Positions 25,410-30,376 of a stretch of 30,376 nt of DNA are shown piece by piece. Position 1 is the first letter of the stretch. Each line of letters starts with the position of its first letter. The notes under the pieces were generated by a model. The model was not told the DNA's origin. It saw only the letters and a program-made list of their open reading frames with translations, and searched no databases. The DNA is from a virus. Its lineage: Duplodnaviria; Caudoviricetes. The DNA is taken from positions 1 to 30,376 of IMG/VR virus record IMGVR_UViG_3300032032_001435; one strand, written 5' to 3'. The translations under genes were made by a program, and so were the position numbers.

Positions 25410-25958
25410 ATGATACAATTCTATAAACCGAACAAGTCTGTGACAGGAAACGCCTGTTCTTTCTGGCTAAACAGGGATGGCTCTATTATGTCATCCATGA
25501 TCAAACAAGACTCTTGGAACGAGCAAAAAAGGGTAGGCTCATTTAGCAAAAATAAAGACAACCCCCAAAAAAGAGTAATTACTAAACTTAGTCGAGTTGA
25601 GGTTGCCGGAATTATTGATTCTATTGAGAGTAATCGAGAGTTCTCTGCATACCACAGAAGCCAAAAGCAAGTTCTCCAAATTAAATTTTGCCCTTATATG
25701 AGAGAGGGTAAGCAGGTTGGGTTTTCTTTTTCTATCAATAAACAAGATGTAGAAGACTCGACTAATAAAAGCTCTTTCGTAATTGGCTTTTATTTTCCAG
25801 AAGCTCGTTTGCTTCGTCACGACCTTGAAAGTTTTCTAGACAAAACGCTGAGTACGCAGGATTATACCCAAGAACAAAAGCCGAGTGTCGATAAGACGGC
25901 TAAAGAGCCTAGCCAAGAAGACTCAGGAAGTCCATTTGAAAATAGCGAAATTTTTTAA
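25410..25958 (+). CDS. Probable ssDNA-binding protein (Whirly/PC4-like fold, acidic tail)
   Basis: FYK...ACSF, KLSRVEVAGII, AYH, GFSFSI, GFYFPEARLL pattern; low-complexity acidic tail ending in Phe; lies in replication module. Confidence 0.5.
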   Translation: MIQFYKPNKSVTGNACSFWLNRDGSIMSSMIKQDSWNEQKRVGSFSKNKDNPQKRVITKLSRVEVAGIIDSIESNREFSAYHRSQKQVLQIKFCPYMREGKQVGFSFSINKQDVEDSTNKSSFVIGFYFPEARLLRHDLESFLDKTLSTQDYTQEQKPSVDKTAKEPSQEDSGSPFENSEIF

Positions 25959-27877
25959 TGTCTAAAAAGAAAAAAATAGTTTTTCAGAGCGATTATGCTT
26001 TGGCTAAAACCGGTTTTGGAAGAAATGCCAAGGCGATTTTATCTTATTTATATAAAACAAATAAATATGATATTGTCCATTACTGCTGCGGCATGAACTG
26101 GTCTAATCCCGAACTAAAACGAACCCCTTGGAAATCGGTTGGCTGTCTTCCTGACAACCCCCAAGAAATCCAGCACCTTAACCGAGACCCCGGACTAGCT
26201 AGGGCTGCTAATTATGGCTCTCACTATCTTGATCGCATAATTGAAGAAGAAGAACCTGATATTTATATTGCAGTTCAAGATATTTGGGGGGTTGATTTTG
26301 CTGTGGGGCGACGCTGGTTTAAAAAAATTAATTCCATAATTTGGACTACCCTTGACTCCCTACCGATCTTACCCACTGCCACCGATAGGGCATCTGAAAT
26401 TGAAAATTATTGGATATGGAGCAATTTTGCTACCAAGGAGATGCATAAACTTGGCCACAAGCAAGTCAAAACCGTTCATGGTGCAGTTGAGGATAGTTGC
26501 TTTTTTAGAATTGAAGATGAAAAGCGCCAACAATTAAGAAGTAAATTTAATATTTCCCCAGATACTTTTGTGGTTGGATTTGTTTTTCGAAATCAATTAA
26601 GAAAATCTGTTCCTAATTTATTAGAGGGTTATAAATTATGGAAAACAAAAAGTAAAATTAAATCCCCCACCAAACTGCTTCTTCACACCCACTTTGGAGA
26701 GGGATGGGGTATTATGAAGCTCGCAAAAGAGTACGGCATCCCCGAGTCCGAAATCCTTACCACTTATGTGTGTAAGGACTGTGGAAATTACGAAGTTAAA
26801 AGCTTCACCGGTCAAGATTTAACCTGTCCTTCATGTGGTTCTGAAAAAGGACAAATTACTACCAATGTAAATACGGGTATTACAGAAAAAGAATTAAATG
26901 AAGTTTATAATTTAATGGATGTATATTGCCATCCATTTACTTCGGGCGGTCAAGAAATTCCCATACAAGAAGCAAAGTTTGCTGAGCTTATAACTTTGGT
27001 AACCAACTATAGTTGTGGACAAGAGATGTGCGAGGACGATGCTTACTCATTGCCCCTTGAATGGACAGAGTACAGAGAGCATGGCACGGAGTTTATTAAA
27101 GCTTCCACCTCTCCCCTTTCAATCTCTAAAAATCTACAAAATGTTTTCACCATGAAACCAGAAAGGCGGGCAGAATGGGGAAAGAAGGCGCGTCAGTGGG
27201 CTCTTAAAAATTTTTCTACTAAGGCTGTGGGCAAAATTATTGAAGAACAACTCGACACTATGCCCATCATCAAATATGACTTTTCTTTCGAAGAAGAAAC
27301 TAAGAATCCAAACGCTGAATTAAAAGATATCGCAGACAATTCCGAGTGGTTAATCCATCTATATAAAGAAATTTTAAAAATGGATGTTGATGACCAAGAT
27401 AGCGGTCATCAATATTGGATGCAAGAAATTGGAAAAGACGTTCCCCGCGCAACTATCGTGGATTATTTTCGTAGAGTGGCAATACAAGATAATCAAAAAA
27501 ATCAAAAAGTTGAGTTTTCTGAAGTTCTAGATAAAGATGACGAGGGGAAAAGGTTGCTGTATGTGATGCCTGAAAGTATTGGGGACATATATCTCTCCAC
27601 AAGCCTTTTTAAATCTGCAAAAGAACTTTATCCAGATTACAATCTATATGTAGCTGTTAAAGAGCAGTATTTTGATATTCTGGACGGTAACCCTTTTGTT
27701 CATAAGGTTATTCCTTACATTCCCCAAATGGACAGTCTACCTTGGTTAGAGGGGCAGGGTAAGAACAAGGGGTTCTTTGAAATTGCCTTTCTGCCTTATG
27801 GAACAACGCAAAAATTCTTGACCTATCTTCATAACGGGAAAGATAAAATTGCCTACAAAGACTATAAATACGATTAA
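25958..27877 (+). CDS. Multidomain glycosyltransferase: GT4 with Zn-ribbon insertion, DUF4214-like segment, N-terminal half of GT9
   Basis: TGFGR, FRNQLRK, CKDC/CPSC, HPFTSGGQEIPIQEA; WLIHLYKEIL...GHQYW...R..IV.YF; MPESIGD...K..YPD...LDGNPFV. Confidence 0.8.
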   Translation: MSKKKKIVFQSDYALAKTGFGRNAKAILSYLYKTNKYDIVHYCCGMNWSNPELKRTPWKSVGCLPDNPQEIQHLNRDPGLARAANYGSHYLDRIIEEEEPDIYIAVQDIWGVDFAVGRRWFKKINSIIWTTLDSLPILPTATDRASEIENYWIWSNFATKEMHKLGHKQVKTVHGAVEDSCFFRIEDEKRQQLRSKFNISPDTFVVGFVFRNQLRKSVPNLLEGYKLWKTKSKIKSPTKLLLHTHFGEGWGIMKLAKEYGIPESEILTTYVCKDCGNYEVKSFTGQDLTCPSCGSEKGQITTNVNTGITEKELNEVYNLMDVYCHPFTSGGQEIPIQEAKFAELITLVTNYSCGQEMCEDDAYSLPLEWTEYREHGTEFIKASTSPLSISKNLQNVFTMKPERRAEWGKKARQWALKNFSTKAVGKIIEEQLDTMPIIKYDFSFEEETKNPNAELKDIADNSEWLIHLYKEILKMDVDDQDSGHQYWMQEIGKDVPRATIVDYFRRVAIQDNQKNQKVEFSEVLDKDDEGKRLLYVMPESIGDIYLSTSLFKSAKELYPDYNLYVAVKEQYFDILDGNPFVHKVIPYIPQMDSLPWLEGQGKNKGFFEIAFLPYGTTQKFLTYLHNGKDKIAYKDYKYD

Positions 27878-27879
27878 CC

Positions 27880-29064
27880 ATGCACCTTGTTGAAACATAT
27901 GCTTTAAATTGTGGCCTTAAAATAGATAAGCCATATATTATCGAAAAATTTTTTCCATTAGATACGGAAAGGTTTATTACATTGCACCCGAACAGTAAAT
28001 ACCCTTCAAAATGCTATGATTATTGGCAGGACGTGGTGGACATCTTGCTCCCTGTGTTGGAAAAAGAAAACATTAAAATTCTCCAGATCGGCGTTAAAGA
28101 GGATATACCCCTGAAGGGATGCCTACATTCTCAGGGGCAAGCGAACCTAAACCAAACTGCTTATTTTTTATCAAAATGTATGCTTCATCTTGGTGTGGAT
28201 AGCTTCCCGGCCCACGTGGCATCTGGATTTGATAAAAAAATAGTTTGCCTTTATTCCAATAACTATGCCGCCAACTGCAGCCCATATTGGAGTCGCCAAG
28301 AAGATATAGCTCTCTTTGAACCCCTTCGGGAAAATGGAGAAAAGCCCTCCTTTTCTGCCGAGGAAGACCCCAAGAGCATAAACGAATTTAATCCAGAAGA
28401 CATTGCTGAAGCGGTTTTAAATCTTTTAAATATTAAAAGTAATAAAAATTTAAAAACGATCAGAAAGGGGTCCTTTTACAATCATTCGATAGTAGAACTG
28501 GTGCCGGACTGCGTAGCTAACATAAGCTCAATGAATATAGAGTCTATCATTGTCAGGATGGATTTAGAATTTAACGAGGAAGCATTAGCTACCCAGCTTT
28601 CGATGGGAAAATGCTCCATCATTACCACAAAACCCATAAAATTTGAAATTTTAAACCAATTTAAAGAAAACATAAAAGAATTTGTATATTTTATAGAAGA
28701 GGGTCATGATCCAGAGTTTATATCAGAAGTGGTAAAAACTGGTTTCCCAGTTATTTTGATGAGCGAGATGGAAGATAAAAAAATCGAAGAAGCTAAAATT
28801 GATTACATGGATATTGGTATCATTCAAAGTCCACCAACGGCTCTTGAAGAAGACATCCAAGAAGTAAAAAACCAAAAAGATAAAAATCTTTTTTACAAAT
28901 CCAAAAGAGTATTAATTAGCAAGGGGAAAACTTATAAATCTGAAGCCGCATGGAAAAAAGGACTCCACAGCGACCCAAATGACCCCTCCCCGTTACCCAT
29001 TGTTGATAGCCCCGAATTCTGGGAAGCTCTGGATGAATATTACATTCTAGCAAAGAAAACTTGA
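27880..29064 (+). CDS. GT9 C-terminal (donor-binding) half plus uncharacterised C-terminal domain
   Basis: ITLHP...KCYDYW, LQIG, LNQTAYFL, HLGVDSFPAHVA...KIVCLY; lacks the GD-containing N-domain. Confidence 0.75.
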   Translation: MHLVETYALNCGLKIDKPYIIEKFFPLDTERFITLHPNSKYPSKCYDYWQDVVDILLPVLEKENIKILQIGVKEDIPLKGCLHSQGQANLNQTAYFLSKCMLHLGVDSFPAHVASGFDKKIVCLYSNNYAANCSPYWSRQEDIALFEPLRENGEKPSFSAEEDPKSINEFNPEDIAEAVLNLLNIKSNKNLKTIRKGSFYNHSIVELVPDCVANISSMNIESIIVRMDLEFNEEALATQLSMGKCSIITTKPIKFEILNQFKENIKEFVYFIEEGHDPEFISEVVKTGFPVILMSEMEDKKIEEAKIDYMDIGIIQSPPTALEEDIQEVKNQKDKNLFYKSKRVLISKGKTYKSEAAWKKGLHSDPNDPSPLPIVDSPEFWEALDEYYILAKKT

Positions 29065-29089
29065 CAAATAGATTAAGAAGAGCTATCCT
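29061..29089 (+). promoter_or_regulatory. Sigma70-type promoter, leaderless transcript
   Basis: TTGACA-17-TATCCT, ATG 6 nt downstream at 29096; the -35 box overlaps the upstream TGA. Confidence 0.65.
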
Positions 29090-29095
29090 TTGTAT

Positions 29096-29830
29096 ATGGT
29101 AGCTAAGAAAAAATCAAAGTGTACGCCCCCGAAGTCCATTAAGCGCAATGAGCATGGCTTAATTCAGGACGTTGATTATATTTTTAATGAGGATGGTTTT
29201 ATCGATTGGCGTTCTATGCTAAAAGATAAATGGCTTTATCCCAACCCAAGCAAAAAACTTAATACAAGTGAAGTTTCCAAGCTTCATGACCGCGACCTTT
29301 GTATCCTTTTGGGCGGAATAAAAGAACTTGCTCAGATTCGTGGCTTCACGAATGTAAAATACTCCCTACACAGTCCTTCCCCTGACTATGTAGTCGCCTC
29401 TTGTGAAATAAGTTGGATTCCAAATTATGAAACAGAAGGCAGTGAAGTCGTATTTTCATCTGTAGGAGATGCCGGACCACACAACACTCATGGTTTTGGT
29501 CAGAGCTTCCTTGGACCCATTGCCGAAAATAGAGCTTTTGTTCGGTGCGTTCGTAACTTTCTAAAAATTAATGTTGTCGCCCAAGATGAGATTGCAGTTA
29601 ATCCAACAGCCCCACAAAGAGCCCAAGCGGAGACTACAACTATAGACATTTCTGATCCAAAAGCCCTTCTGTCTAAGCTTATGGGTGAAAAAAATATCAA
29701 TTTCACCCAAATAAAAACAAAACTAGAAAAAGAAGATTACCCTAACGCAGAAGACTTTTCTTCAGTAAGTGATATCCCCAATATTAAGATATTTGAATTA
29801 TTAGATAGAATTCAAAAAATTAAGACTTAG
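29096..29830 (+). CDS. Hypothetical protein, possible Rad52/ERF-like single-strand annealing protein
   Basis: Start moved to ATG 29096; GIKELA, VVASCEI, FSSVGDA, AENRAFVRCVR core; flexible linker and helical tail. Confidence 0.5.
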   Translation: MVAKKKSKCTPPKSIKRNEHGLIQDVDYIFNEDGFIDWRSMLKDKWLYPNPSKKLNTSEVSKLHDRDLCILLGGIKELAQIRGFTNVKYSLHSPSPDYVVASCEISWIPNYETEGSEVVFSSVGDAGPHNTHGFGQSFLGPIAENRAFVRCVRNFLKINVVAQDEIAVNPTAPQRAQAETTTIDISDPKALLSKLMGEKNINFTQIKTKLEKEDYPNAEDFSSVSDIPNIKIFELLDRIQKIKT

Positions 29831-30155
29831 GAAAATCTTCCTTTGTCTTCATTATAAAATCATTTAATTCATTTAATTTTTCTGGCCTACCCATAGCATT
29901 TTCGGTGAGGGCTTCGAACTGCTTCGTGATGGGCCAGTGTTCAATAATCTGCGACTGCCTCATCCCCACGGCGCGCTCGTCGGCTATTTCAGTTTGAACC
30001 CCTCCGTCTTCGCTGTGTGCTACAAGCTCTTCGTAAGACGGCTTGGGAATGCTGTTTTCCGCAGACCACTCTAAAGTACCGTAGTCGTTATTTTTTATAG
30101 ACCATTGGTATTCGCTATATTTGTGTGCTAGGATGTCTTCTATGTCTGGATTCAT
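29820..30155 (-). CDS. Phage tail-fibre assembly/chaperone-like protein
   Basis: QWSI..NDY..LEW...PKPS.EEL, R....WP..KQ.EAL, K..FPK pattern typical of genes following tail fibres. Confidence 0.6.
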   Translation of the reverse strand: MNPDIEDILAHKYSEYQWSIKNNDYGTLEWSAENSIPKPSYEELVAHSEDGGVQTEIADERAVGMRQSQIIEHWPITKQFEALTENAMGRPEKLNELNDFIMKTKEDFPKS

Positions 30156-30158
30156 TTT

Positions 30159-30376
30159 TTACCACCTTGATCCTGTCGGGTGAGGTTTAATTTCTGATAT
30201 TAGAAACGATGAAACAGCCGCATCGCCCAAATAACCTGATGCATAAGGATATATATCTGGCCATGATTGCATTCTATTTATATATAAAATTGGACTATAT
30301 CCCCTCGTTGATCTGCGTCCCACCCTTATTTTATAAGTGTGAAGGTCCGTGTCTTCAGCCCTGTGGAAGTATTTCA
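30159..30376 (-). CDS. C-terminus of a probable tail-fibre protein (partial, runs off window)
   Basis: Open frame ...KYFHRAEDTDLHTYKIRVGRRSTRGYSPILYINRMQSWPDIYPYASGYLGDAAVSSFLISEIKPHPTGSRW*; TYK...LYINR...SS....EI pattern; stop 3 nt before the next ATG. Confidence 0.55.
   Translation of the reverse strand, partial: KYFHRAEDTDLHTYKIRVGRRSTRGYSPILYINRMQSWPDIYPYASGYLGDAAVSSFLISEIKPHPTGSRW

Larger units (their letters stand above)
1..30376. mobile_element. Segment of a large dsDNA bacteriophage genome (nucleotide metabolism, glycan island, replication module, start of tail module)
   Basis: Divergent RecA, DnaB, primase, DnaE and RNR are tightly packed with 1-4 nt overlaps; tail-fibre-like genes lie at the right end; there are no ribosomal or central metabolic operons and no integrase or att site in the window. 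Confidence 0.88.

Noticed and set aside
540-29706. Other short antisense or alternate-frame ORFs in the track (e.g. 654-935, 979-1266, 5723-6049, 8844-9206, 24454-24792)
   Set aside because: All nested in strongly supported CDSs, with composition typical of off-frame translation
1-30376. Alternative genetic code or stop-codon readthrough
   Set aside because: The standard code gives full-length genes at high density, and TAA, TAG and TGA all end genes at expected positions
1-30376. Reduced bacterial (CPR or endosymbiont) chromosome
   Set aside because: Highly divergent replication genes clustered in one arm, tail-fibre-like genes and absence of housekeeping operons fit a phage better; not fully excluded without more contig

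Overview
This AT-rich, densely packed 30.4-kb window reads as part of a large dsDNA bacteriophage genome (inferred from gene content; no host housekeeping operons). Left end: ribonucleotide reductase nrdA/nrdB, whose beta subunit has class Ic (Mn/Fe, tyrosyl-radical-free) signatures. Next come a complete tmRNA (3589-4001) with a 31-residue tag that contains an in-frame hairpin, a signal peptidase I and a holin-like membrane protein. A ~9.5-kb glycan island follows (WbpB/WbpD/WbpE-like trio, ColD-like dehydratase, Gmd, three GT2-like, one GT4 and one GT9-like enzyme). The replication/recombination module encodes RecA-like, Vsr/DUF559-like, DnaB, primase and PD-(D/E)XK proteins, and a Pol III spread over separate PHP, DnaQ and DnaE-core genes. 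It continues with an epimerase, a Whirly-like SSB, a GT4/Zn-ribbon/DUF4214-like/half-GT9 fusion whose other GT9 half is the next gene, and a probable annealing protein. The right end holds convergent tail-fibre-type genes. Several genes appear to be transcribed leaderless from sigma70-type promoters. All family calls come from manual motif reading, not database searches.
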